Source: a bacterium (GTDB taxonomy: Bacteria > Cyanobacteriota > Vampirovibrionia > Gastranaerophilales > JBAXKC01). Taken from it: DNA of 29,314 bases. Both the position numbers and the translations under genes were made by a program. This document shows, in pieces, positions 19,513 to 28,400 of this stretch. Within the stretch, counting starts at the first letter, position 1. Each line of letters starts with the position of its first letter. The notes beneath the pieces are model-generated. The model saw only the letters and a list, made by a program, of their open reading frames with translations. It searched no databases and was not told the DNA's origin. The stretch covers positions 1 to 29,314 of the forward strand of contig JBAXKC010000031.1 in NCBI GenBank assembly GCA_037137535.1, written 5' to 3'.

Positions 19513-19547
19513 AAGAGTGGGGTATGCATTGTATACCCCACTCTTTT
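19513..19547 (+). terminator. Intrinsic terminator of dapL
   Basis: AAGAGTGGGGTATGCA-T-TGTATACCCCACTCTT-TT. Confidence 0.85.
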
Positions 19548-19743
19548 GTCATATATTTTCTATGGTGAATTGGTTACACTACGCTGGTAACAAAATGTGC
19601 AGCAATGGGGACATTTCTTGAAATGGTTTAGTAACCGTTGTAAAAGTCTCTTTTTATTCAATAGAGGCTCAATTATTATCTAACAGTTAAGGCTTTTTCT
19701 AAAGAATTAGAAACTTAATAAACTTTAAGTGAAAGGATAAAAA

Positions 19744-20022
19744 ATGAAAATAGGGTTGAATGCTTCACATAATTTTCGTAATTTAAGCTTTAAAAATACA
19801 CCCACTCCTTATATTGATAAAAAGGTAAATGAGGAGAATAAAACAACTTCAGATTTTAATAAAAAAACTTTGGATTTGTCTTTGTGTTTTGCAGGATTTG
19901 CAGCTATTTATGCATTACTAACAAGTGAAAGAAAACTTTGGACAACTCCTATTATGGCGGGAGTAGGATTTATTATAGGTAAAGTAATAGAAATTTTTAT
20001 CAATAATACCAATAAAAAATAA
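19744..20022 (+). CDS. Small hypothetical two-TM protein
   Basis: GAAAGGA SD; two hydrophobic helices in the C-terminal half. Confidence 0.6.
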   Translation: MKIGLNASHNFRNLSFKNTPTPYIDKKVNEENKTTSDFNKKTLDLSLCFAGFAAIYALLTSERKLWTTPIMAGVGFIIGKVIEIFINNTNKK

Positions 20023-20080
20023 ATAAATAACTACCAGAACAGAGAGTTTAAATTAGCTCTCTGTTCTGGTAGTTATTTAT
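20023..20080. repeat. Perfect 24-bp inverted repeat/terminator; core duplicated at 22065-22092
   Basis: ATAAATAACTACCAGAACAGAGAG-N10-CTCTCTGTTCTGGTAGTTATTTAT. Confidence 0.9.
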
Positions 20081-20621
20081 AATTCAAAATATTTATTAAA
20101 AGAGCTGTATTATCTTCGTTATTGATGAATTTATGCGAAAGCTTCCCTTTAAAGCGAATGGAATCACCCTCTTTAAGGTTAATTTTTTCATTGTCTAAAA
20201 TACATTGAATATTGCCCTTTACTATATAAATGTATTCATCAACACCATTCATATGTCCGTTATTTGAAAGAGTTGATTTAGGTAATATTTCTAATTTTAA
20301 TATTTCTGATTTGTGTACATCATGATAAGGAAAAATGCTGTAAATATTATATTCTGACTCATTTGTGATAGCTTTGGCTTCATTGCTTTTCACAATAGTA
20401 TAATCTAATTCTTCTTCTTCAAGTAATTTTGTAAGGGGGATTTTTAGTCCATCTGCAATTTTCCATAACACTAAAATTGTAGGGTTTGTTGTGCCTCTTT
20501 CAATTTCGCCAAGCATACTTTTACTTACTCCTGAAGTTTCAGATAAGTCTTCTAGTGTTACACCTTTAGTCTTGCGGATTAATTTTAAATTTTTTGAAAT
20601 ATTTTTATTTATATTTTCCAA
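20073..20621 (-). CDS. XRE-HTH + cupin transcriptional regulator (SutR/PuuR-like)
   Basis: TLEDLSETSGVSKSMLGEIERGTTNPT plus cupin (EYIYIVKG, GDSIRF...H.F.N); TTG start after AGGAG. Confidence 0.92.
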   Translation of the reverse strand: MENINKNISKNLKLIRKTKGVTLEDLSETSGVSKSMLGEIERGTTNPTILVLWKIADGLKIPLTKLLEEEELDYTIVKSNEAKAITNESEYNIYSIFPYHDVHKSEILKLEILPKSTLSNNGHMNGVDEYIYIVKGNIQCILDNEKINLKEGDSIRFKGKLSHKFINNEDNTALLINILNYK

Positions 20622-20644
20622 AAGAAACTCCTTTAATATTTATA

Positions 20645-20713
20645 TAATATATTGTATTTTAATCCGATATAGCATACAATCTAATATATTGGAATTAAAG
20701 ACAATATATTAGA
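20645..20713. promoter_or_regulatory. Putative XRE operator array in divergent promoter region
   Basis: TCTAATATATTG-N10-CAATATATTAGA (20680-20713) plus a third TAATATATTG at 20645-20654. Confidence 0.55.
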
Positions 20714-20722
20714 CTAAAGGAG

Positions 20723-21109
20723 TTGATTATTATGGAACTATTTAATACTAAAGAATTGTTAAAGCATTTAAATCAAGATGAAAAGTCTGATATTCAAATA
20801 CAAAAGGTAACAAATGGAGTAATATCTCTATTTATTGCCGAATTAAAAGCAGGGAAGACTTTAGCTGCTCATTATCATAATGAAGGAGATGAAATATACC
20901 AAATTCTTGCAGGAAAAGGCAATATAGAAATAGGTGAATTATCAGGTGATGAAGTAAAATGGATTAATGATTATACAGTAAGTAGCGGAGATATTTTTGA
21001 AATAAAACCTAAAATTGTGCATAGGTTGTCAAATAATAGCGATGAAGCGTTGCAGCTGATTTTCTTTACACCATCCAATCATTTAAATGAAGACAGAATA
21101 TTTATTTAA
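20723..21109 (+). CDS. Cupin_2 domain protein
   Basis: HYHxxGDEIYQILAGKG...GDIFEIKPKIVH metal-binding cupin motifs; start may be ATG 20732. Confidence 0.9.
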   Translation: MIIMELFNTKELLKHLNQDEKSDIQIQKVTNGVISLFIAELKAGKTLAAHYHNEGDEIYQILAGKGNIEIGELSGDEVKWINDYTVSSGDIFEIKPKIVHRLSNNSDEALQLIFFTPSNHLNEDRIFI

Positions 21110-21130
21110 AAAATTAAAGGATAAAAAATT

Positions 21131-22033
21131 ATGAAAGAAATGAGATTTAAAAAACTTGATGCATTTACAAAAGGGATATCATCCGGTAATCCGGCAGGAT
21201 ATATAGAGATGAAAGATGATGAAATTTTAAATGAACAAGAAATGCAGAAAATAGCAATGGAACTTAAAGGTTTTGTAAATGAAGTCGGCTATGTAAACCA
21301 AGTTGGTGACCAGTATAAGCTAAGATTTTACTCTTCAGAATGTGAGGTTGATTTTTGCGGGCATGCTACTATCGCAATTATGTATGACTTGTTAAGTAGT
21401 AATAAAGAGCTTTTAACCAAACAAGAAGTCTTTATTAATGTCAATGCAGGGACTTTATCAGTATTTAATCATATTGAAGAAGATGATGCTGTTTATATTA
21501 TGGCACCTGCTCCTAAGTTTTTGAATTGCGGAGTAAAAATAGAACAAGTAGCAGAGATTCTTGGAATTAATTTTTCTGATATAAATGATAAAATGCCGAT
21601 AAGATTAGTAGATGGCGGACTAAGAACATTAATTGTGCCTATAAAAACATTGAAAAGTTGTTTAGAAATATTTCCAAATCAAGAAAATCTTAGACTTTTT
21701 TGTCTGGAGAATGGAATCGATATTATACATGTTTCTGTAAAAGAAACTTATACCAAATCAAGTAAATACCGTACTAGAGTATTTGCACCTAAGTATGGGT
21801 ATCTTGAAGATCCAGCTACAGGTTCGGGAAATTCTGCATTTGGCTATTACTTAATTGATGAAAATTTATGGGAGGGTGATTTTACAATTGAACAAAGTGC
21901 GGATAAGATGAATCCAAATTTTGTTAAGCTTAAAAAATATGAAAAAGACGGAGTAATTCATATGCTATTCGGTGGCTGTGCAACAATAAGAATTGATGGC
22001 AATTATTGTTTGCATGGTACTATACTCAGTTAA
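21131..22033 (+). CDS. PhzF/DAP-epimerase-like family isomerase
   Basis: DAFT..GNPAG, EVDFCGHATIA, RVFAP, EDPATGS. Confidence 0.92.
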   Translation: MKEMRFKKLDAFTKGISSGNPAGYIEMKDDEILNEQEMQKIAMELKGFVNEVGYVNQVGDQYKLRFYSSECEVDFCGHATIAIMYDLLSSNKELLTKQEVFINVNAGTLSVFNHIEEDDAVYIMAPAPKFLNCGVKIEQVAEILGINFSDINDKMPIRLVDGGLRTLIVPIKTLKSCLEIFPNQENLRLFCLENGIDIIHVSVKETYTKSSKYRTRVFAPKYGYLEDPATGSGNSAFGYYLIDENLWEGDFTIEQSADKMNPNFVKLKKYEKDGVIHMLFGGCATIRIDGNYCLHGTILS

Positions 22034-22062
22034 TATAGGCTTATGTCAGCAAATAAACACAA

Positions 22063-22094
22063 AAAACAGAGAGTTTAAATTAACTCTCTGTTTT
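22063..22094. terminator. Bidirectional terminator; second copy of the 20038-20065 core
   Basis: AAAACAGAGAGTT-TAAATT-AACTCTCTGTTTT. Confidence 0.85.
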
Positions 22095-22100
22095 GTATTG

Positions 22101-22150
22101 GTTACTTTTTAAAAGCTTCAGCTATTGATATTTTGTAATTTGGCTTTAAT
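22101..22150 (-). pseudogene. Orphan duplicate of the mtnA 3' end (15 codons + stop); att-like direct repeat
   Basis: 46/50 nt identical to 23582-23631; encodes LKPNYKISIAEAFKK* versus LKPNYKTSIAEAFKK*. Confidence 0.9.
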
Positions 22151-22171
22151 CTAAGCAGAATTTTTTATAGT

Positions 22172-23518
22172 TTAGTTGCCTATGTTATTAATTTTATTAA
22201 GGAGTTTTATTATCTTTATAAGTCCTTCATTGTTTTGTTGGGAACTATAAAGATTTTTTGCCGCTATTAAATCGTTAATGGCAGAGGTTTTATCTCTTGA
22301 TGCATATTCGGCAAGACCTCTATTATAGTATGCTTTTGCATAATGTGGATTAATTGTAATAGCTTTTGTACAATCTTCAATAGCTCCTGTAAAATCACCA
22401 AGACTTGATTTGGTATTTGCTCTATCAGCATAGTATTCGATATTGCTAGTATTTAAGGATATAGCTTTTGTGTAATCCTCAAGAGCTCCTGCTGGATCTC
22501 CTGAATTTGCTTTTATATTTGCTCTTTCATAATAAGACTTGTCATCATTTGGATTTGTTGTAATAGATTTAGTGTAGAACTCTATTGTTTTTATTTCATT
22601 ATTAATAGCTTGGGACTGATTAGAATTTACTTTAGTTGTTTTTATGCAATTTTTAGCATTAATTGTTTTATTTTCTAAGGCTAATTTAGCACTTGCTCTA
22701 TTTGCATAGGCTTTTGAATAATTAGGTTTTAGTGCTATCGCTTTATTATAATTTTCAATTGCTCCAACTAGATCTCCTAAGTCTGATTTAATATTTCCTC
22801 TATTGTTATATGTTTCAGCAAACTTGGGATTAATCTCTAAGGTTTTATTATAATCTTCAAGAGCTCCTGTTCTATCGCCTATGTTGATTTTTATAGTGCC
22901 TCTATTATTATAATATGCTGCGCAATTTGGATTAAGTTCTATTGCTTTATCGTAGTCATAAATAGCAGATTTTCTATATCCCAACGATTCTTTTGCACTT
23001 GCTCTATTAATATATGCCTTTGTATAATTGGGATCAATTGATATAGCTCTATTATAGTCTTCAATAGCACCTATCGCATCACCAAGGTCAACTTTGGAAT
23101 TCCCTCTGTTATTATAAGGTATGGCAATATTAGGATTAAGAGAAATCGCTTTATTATAATCTTGAATAGCTCCTGTTTTATCTCCTAAGTCTTTTTTTAT
23201 ATTTCCTCTATTTGAATAAAATGCAGCTGAATTAGGATTAAGAGAAATTGCTTTGTTATAATCTTGAATAGCTCCTATTTTATCACCTAAATTAGATTTA
23301 ATGATTCCTCTGTCTGAATAAGCATTTGCAGAGTTAGGATTAATCGCAATAGCTTTATTATAGTCCTGAAGAGCTGTTGCCGTTATATTTTTATTATTAG
23401 GTGTTTTTGTTGCCGTATTTTTGGCAGAAGTTGTTTTGGTATGATGTATAGTTGAGCTTGCATAAATAGGTGTTATAAGGAAAATTGACAATAGAACTGA
23501 TGATAAGAATTTTTTCAT
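22172..23518 (-). CDS. Exported tetratricopeptide-repeat protein
   Basis: Sec-like signal peptide; about 11 34-aa repeats (AY.NRG...LGD..GAI.DY.KAI.LNP) in two blocks. Confidence 0.92.
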   Translation of the reverse strand: MKKFLSSVLLSIFLITPIYASSTIHHTKTTSAKNTATKTPNNKNITATALQDYNKAIAINPNSANAYSDRGIIKSNLGDKIGAIQDYNKAISLNPNSAAFYSNRGNIKKDLGDKTGAIQDYNKAISLNPNIAIPYNNRGNSKVDLGDAIGAIEDYNRAISIDPNYTKAYINRASAKESLGYRKSAIYDYDKAIELNPNCAAYYNNRGTIKINIGDRTGALEDYNKTLEINPKFAETYNNRGNIKSDLGDLVGAIENYNKAIALKPNYSKAYANRASAKLALENKTINAKNCIKTTKVNSNQSQAINNEIKTIEFYTKSITTNPNDDKSYYERANIKANSGDPAGALEDYTKAISLNTSNIEYYADRANTKSSLGDFTGAIEDCTKAITINPHYAKAYYNRGLAEYASRDKTSAINDLIAAKNLYSSQQNNEGLIKIIKLLNKINNIGN

Positions 23519-23582
23519 AAAGTTTATTTCCTTTTGTGAGTATAACTTATAAAAATTAAAATACTCGGTTTGATCTTATTCG

Positions 23583-24638
23583 TTACTTTTTAAACGCTTC
23601 AGCAATTGATGTTTTGTAATTGGGCTTTAATATTCCGACTTCGGTGATTATTCCCGTAATGAATTTAGCAGGAGTAACGTCAAAAGCGGGGTTTATTACG
23701 TTTACGCCTTCAGCACAGATTATTTGCCCGTTTATGTGGGTTACTTCTTCTCTTTCTCTTTCTTCAATAGGGATTTCTTCGCCTGATTCTATTGATGTGT
23801 CAATTGTAGAAAGCGGAGCAGCTACATAAAACGGAACATTATGCTCTTTTGCTGCTATAGCAACGGTATAAGTACCTATTTTATTAGCTGTATCACCATT
23901 TGCGGCAATTCTGTCTGCACCGACTATTACCATGTCAATCATTCCTTTTGACATGAAATAACCGCACATTCCATCAGTAATAAGAGTTACAGGGATTTTA
24001 TCCATTGTTAATTCCCATGTTGTAAGCCTTGCGCCTTGTTGGCGAGGGCGTGTTTCATCGGCAAAAACTTGAATTGTAGGGTCTTTTTCAAATGCTGACC
24101 TGATTACACCAAGAGCAGTTCCATGTCCGACTGTTGCAAGAGCTCCTGCATTACAATGAGTTAGGATTGTAGCACCTTTTGGAACTTCTACCGCTCCATG
24201 TCTTCCTATTGCAAGATTTATCTCAATATCTTCATTTTGAAGTTTTATTCCGTTAAGTTTTAATTCTTCAATTATGGTTGCAACATTTTCCGTATCCAAT
24301 GAAAGAACGTGGTTAAGCTGTTTATCCACCGCCCACATAAGATTTACCGCAGTCGGACGGGTTGACTTTAAGTAATCGCAAATAGCTGTAAGCTCTTTAA
24401 TGAATTCTTTTTTGTCTGTTATATGAGCTATCTCATAAGCTCCTAAAACAGCTCCTAATGCTCCCGCTATACCGATTGCAGGTGCTCCTCTAACGAGCAT
24501 GTCTTTTATAGCTGCCCCCATCTCTTTATATGTTTTAATATCAACAGTTTTAAACTCATAAGGAATAAGAGTCTGATCAATTAGTCTAACGTGTTCTCCC
24601 ATCCACTCTATGGTTTTAATATTTGATTTGAAAGTCAT
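23583..24638 (-). CDS. mtnA: S-methyl-5-thioribose-1-phosphate isomerase
   Basis: VRGAPAIG, RPTAVNL, THCNAGALAT, ETRP, GADRI, NKIGT, NPAFDVTP. Confidence 0.96.
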   Translation of the reverse strand: MTFKSNIKTIEWMGEHVRLIDQTLIPYEFKTVDIKTYKEMGAAIKDMLVRGAPAIGIAGALGAVLGAYEIAHITDKKEFIKELTAICDYLKSTRPTAVNLMWAVDKQLNHVLSLDTENVATIIEELKLNGIKLQNEDIEINLAIGRHGAVEVPKGATILTHCNAGALATVGHGTALGVIRSAFEKDPTIQVFADETRPRQQGARLTTWELTMDKIPVTLITDGMCGYFMSKGMIDMVIVGADRIAANGDTANKIGTYTVAIAAKEHNVPFYVAAPLSTIDTSIESGEEIPIEEREREEVTHINGQIICAEGVNVINPAFDVTPAKFITGIITEVGILKPNYKTSIAEAFKK

Positions 24639-24690
24639 TTTTTATCTCTCCAATGTTTAAATATATCTTTAATAAATTATAACTTACTGT

Positions 24691-24727
24691 AAAAAAGTCC
24701 AATGTTCTAAATTGAACATCGGACTTT
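24691..24727 (-). terminator. Intrinsic terminator of rpsU
   Basis: Minus strand AAAGTCCGATGTTC-loop-GAACATTGGACTTTTTT. Confidence 0.8.
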
Positions 24728-24750
24728 AAATTATTTTAAAACGTCATTAA

Positions 24751-24924
24751 TTACGAACGTCTTTTTCTTGCAGCTTCTGCTTTGCGCTTTCTTTTTACGC
24801 TAGGCTTTTCGTATCTTTCACGTCTTTTGATTTCGGAAAGGATACCTGCTTTTTGAATTTTTTTCTTGAAGCGTTTTAATGCGCTTTCAATACTCTCGTT
24901 ATCGCCAACTTGTATTTCTGACAA
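24751..24924 (-). CDS. rpsU: 30S ribosomal protein S21 (57 aa; absent from ORF track)
   Basis: Manual translation from [70 protein letters not shown]. Confidence 0.97.
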   Translation of the reverse strand: MSEIQVGDNESIESALKRFKKKIQKAGILSEIKRRERYEKPSVKRKRKAEAARKRRS

Positions 24925-25065
24925 TGTTCTAACCCCCCTTCGGGAAAATATTTTATATTTTGTCTGAAAATAAACTTTTAAAGCTCATCTCAAGACTATT
25001 AAGTCATTTTTAACATTTTAAAATGTAACACAGTTGTAAAAAATTTACAATATTAATTTTATGAG

Positions 25066-25407
25066 TTAACCCGGTGGCCAATGTAGCGATCTGCCCGATA
25101 AGATGTGAAAATGCATATGGTTAACCGTTTGTCCGCCAATTTCACCTGTGTTTGCTACTACTCTATAGCCGTCTTTAATGTTTAATTTCGTTACAACTTC
25201 TTTTATTCCTGTCATTAAGTCCTTACAGATTTCTAAATCATCGATGGAATGAAGGTTTTCGTAATGTTTCTTTGGAATTAATAAGACATGGATTGGTGCT
25301 TGGGCATTAATATCTTTAAAGGCAATATAGTTTTCTGATTCGACCACTATATCGGCATTAATTTCTTTATGTGCAATACTGCAAAAAATACAGTTATTCT
25401 GTTTCAT
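25066..25407 (-). CDS. Histidine triad nucleotide-binding protein (Hint/PKCI family)
   Basis: CIFC, AFKDINAQAPIHVLLIPK, GQTVNHMHFHIL, C-terminal WPPG. Confidence 0.96.
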   Translation of the reverse strand: MKQNNCIFCSIAHKEINADIVVESENYIAFKDINAQAPIHVLLIPKKHYENLHSIDDLEICKDLMTGIKEVVTKLNIKDGYRVVANTGEIGGQTVNHMHFHILSGRSLHWPPG

Positions 25408-25418
25408 AAAATTTTTCC

Positions 25419-28400
25419 TTATTCTTCCCAGAACTGGTTCATTTTTTTAATGCTGTTTTCAAAGCTTGCTACTCTTCTTTCTACGTTATCAAGCTTTTTA
25501 ACAACGATAGCTTTCCATTTTCCACTTTCATTTCCTGCTGTTACTTGTCCTGCTATGTATTCAAGAATGGTTTTTATTTCTTCATCAGATTTTGCGGGAG
25601 TTGGAGCTTCTGAAAGAGCATCAATTTTTTCTTCTAATCTTTCAAATCTTTGTTCAAGTGATTGGAATTTATTACTTAATCTGCTGATTTCCTGATTAAT
25701 CTCCAGCTTTGTCCCTGAGATATTTGATTCAAGAGCATTAAGCAATTTTGAATTTAAGTTCTGGCTATTTTCAAATTTAGACGAAATTTTATCGATATCA
25801 TGTTTTAAGGAGTTTTCAAAATTTTCCAGAGCTGAAGAAATATTATTAATTTCTCCTGTAATATTGGAGGTGTTTTGAGATTTATTTATTTGATTTGCAA
25901 GAAGATCAAGTCTACCGTTAATTGAATCAGAGGTTTCAACAGGTATTGACGATATTGAGCTATTAATATTTTGAATAACATTACGCAGATTTTCATTGTT
26001 TTGATAGGAAATAGAGCTGTTTAATTCTATCTTTTCATTTAATACTTTTAATGTTTCATTAAGAGTATTAACAGTATTAAGAATTTCGTCGTCTTTTGAA
26101 TTACCTGTTATATCAATTGTTCTGGCATTTATTTCTTCAAGTAATGCTCCTGCTCCGTCAATCCATTCTGCCATTTGAATAATGGCATTTTTAATTACTT
26201 CTGTATTTTGTAATGCAGAAGGTAACGTTGATTTAGAAATAGAAATATTTTCATTTATAAGATTTTTAATCTCTGTTGAAGGAATTTCAAAGTTTTTATT
26301 AAGAATATTTTGAATTTCTTCAATTCCACCTGAAGTTTTTTGCTTTATTTCTTCAAACGTCTCTTTAAAGGTAGAAAGATTTTGTTTTAGTGTTTCAGAA
26401 TTCTCTGAAGAGGTTATTATAAGTTTATTTGTTCTGTTGCTTATGTCTGATACATCTTCATTGCATTTGTTGAACTTTTCAACAATATTCTGAAACTCAG
26501 CTTTTAATCCTTCAAAATTATTATGTATAAGCTCATTATCATTTTTTAAGCTGTTTTGAGACTCTGTTAATAAGCTATGTACATTAGAAATAGCCTTAGT
26601 GCTTTCTGCGAAATTTTCGTTAAGTTGAGAAAGATTTTGAGCCATTTCAGGAACTGTATCAATATTTTGTTTAATAGTTTCGTATTCTGTTGAAAATACT
26701 TGTACTTTTTCGCTTAAAGTTTCAATATTTCCGCTAAGTTGGATAAGCCCTACATCGATATCATCAACTTTATTATTGACCGCATCAAGTTTAAATTCAG
26801 AGGCCTGACTTGAGTCGTTAATTGAATTTGTAATATTTTCAATATTGGAAACTATCTCATAAAGTGTGGTAACTGTATTTAAGATTTCATCAGAATGTCC
26901 GAATAATTTGCTTGTTTCATATTGAGAAGAAGTCAAAGCATTTTCTATTTCAATAATTTTACCTTGAAATTCGCTTATATTTTGAGAAAGTTCTCCATAT
27001 TTATGTAAAAGTGTATCTTTTGTTTCTCCGATTTGACCTGATAATGAAGCAGAAAGAGATCCGTTTAAGTTTTCCTCAATATCGGTTATTTTCTTAGTGA
27101 ATAAACCTATTTCTATTTTTACAAGTTCCATATTCTGACGTAAATTATCGTTTACATCATTTAATTCGGAATGTGAAGATAGATTTAGAGTTTGTAGTTT
27201 TTCTTCAAAACCGTTTAGATTTTGTTTTAATTCAGTGATATTATCAATGATTGTCAGTTCAAGTTTTGATGCGTTTTCATTCATAATGCTGTTATTAATA
27301 CTCAATTGTTCTTTTATTTCTTCTATATCGCTTGTTGAAGCGTTTATTGCAAGTATTTCAACAATAGCATTAAGCTGATCTGCAATTGATATTATATTTT
27401 GTTCGATTAATTGAGAATCAACATTTTTTAAGGATTGTATCTGGTCATTTATTTCTTCAATTAATGAACTTGCTTTTTCTAATGAGGATTTACTTGTGTT
27501 ATCAGAAGCAAAAGCATTTATTTTTTCGATTTTTTCAATAATGCTATGAATACTGGTTTTAACATAATCAGAACTTTCTGCATTAATATAACAATCGATA
27601 TGTTCTTGAACATTTTTAACTATTGATTTTAGTTCTGACATATTTGTAGAATTTAATCCCACAGTTCCTTTAATCTCATTAAGATTGGCTTCCATTGTGA
27701 TTAGATTATCTTGAAGTTCATTATTTTTATCTTCTGAGGAGATTAATTCATTATTTTGTTCAATTAATTCAATTAATCGGTTAATTTTTTTGTCTGTTTC
27801 GGGAGTAATATCAGAAATATAGTTATATAATGATTGAATTTTATTTTCCTGCTCGATAAGTATAGGTTTTAATTCACCGATTAACGCTTCATTGGTTGCT
27901 TTAGAATTAATCGCATCAATGATTTGATCGAACTGATTGTTATATTGGCTGAATAATGGTTCAAGTTTTTCACTATAATCTTCTGCTGATGGTTGTAGTT
28001 TTACAAAATGTTCAATTATTGTAATTTTCTCATTTTGAAGATTAAGGATATCTTTTAATTCATTTAATTCAGGAGATAAATCATTCTGTGAATTTAATAC
28101 TTCTGAAATACTATCAATTTTATTTTCATAGCTAGAGAATAAGGTTTTTATTTCGTCAAAAAGAACTACAAGTGAACCGTTAAGTTTTTCTTCAAGATTT
28201 AATTGAGAGGTTGTTGAATGCAAATCGGTCAGATTGTTGTAGATTATTTCAAGACTTTCTCGGATATTGTTGCTGTTTGATGAAGCGTTATTTGTTAAAG
28301 CTTCTATTTTATTTGCCAGTTGAGCTTGTTTTTCTTCAATATTATTTCTTAGCTCTGAAATTAATAATTCAATGCAATCAGTTATATCTGAATCTGCAAG

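Noticed and set aside
21131..22033. Phenazine biosynthesis, or dapF partnering dapL
   Set aside because: No other phz genes; motifs are generic PhzF-family rather than the two-Cys DapF signature
22172..23518. CRISPR-like periodic repeats
   Set aside because: The 102-nt periodicity is in-frame TPR coding sequence
20023..23631. Integron cassette array (attC-like TAAC...GTT hairpins)
   Set aside because: No intI in the window, poor RYYYAAC/GTTRRRY match, no extrahelical bases, and genes occur in both orientations with their own regulator
22101..23631. DGR template/variable repeat pair at the mtnA 3' end
   Set aside because: Mismatches are not adenine-specific, are mostly synonymous, and no reverse transcriptase is present
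25013..25050. Short palindromes ACATTTTAAAATGT and TTGTAAA-N3-TTTACAA upstream of rpsU
   Set aside because: AT-rich and plausible by chance; no identifiable regulator
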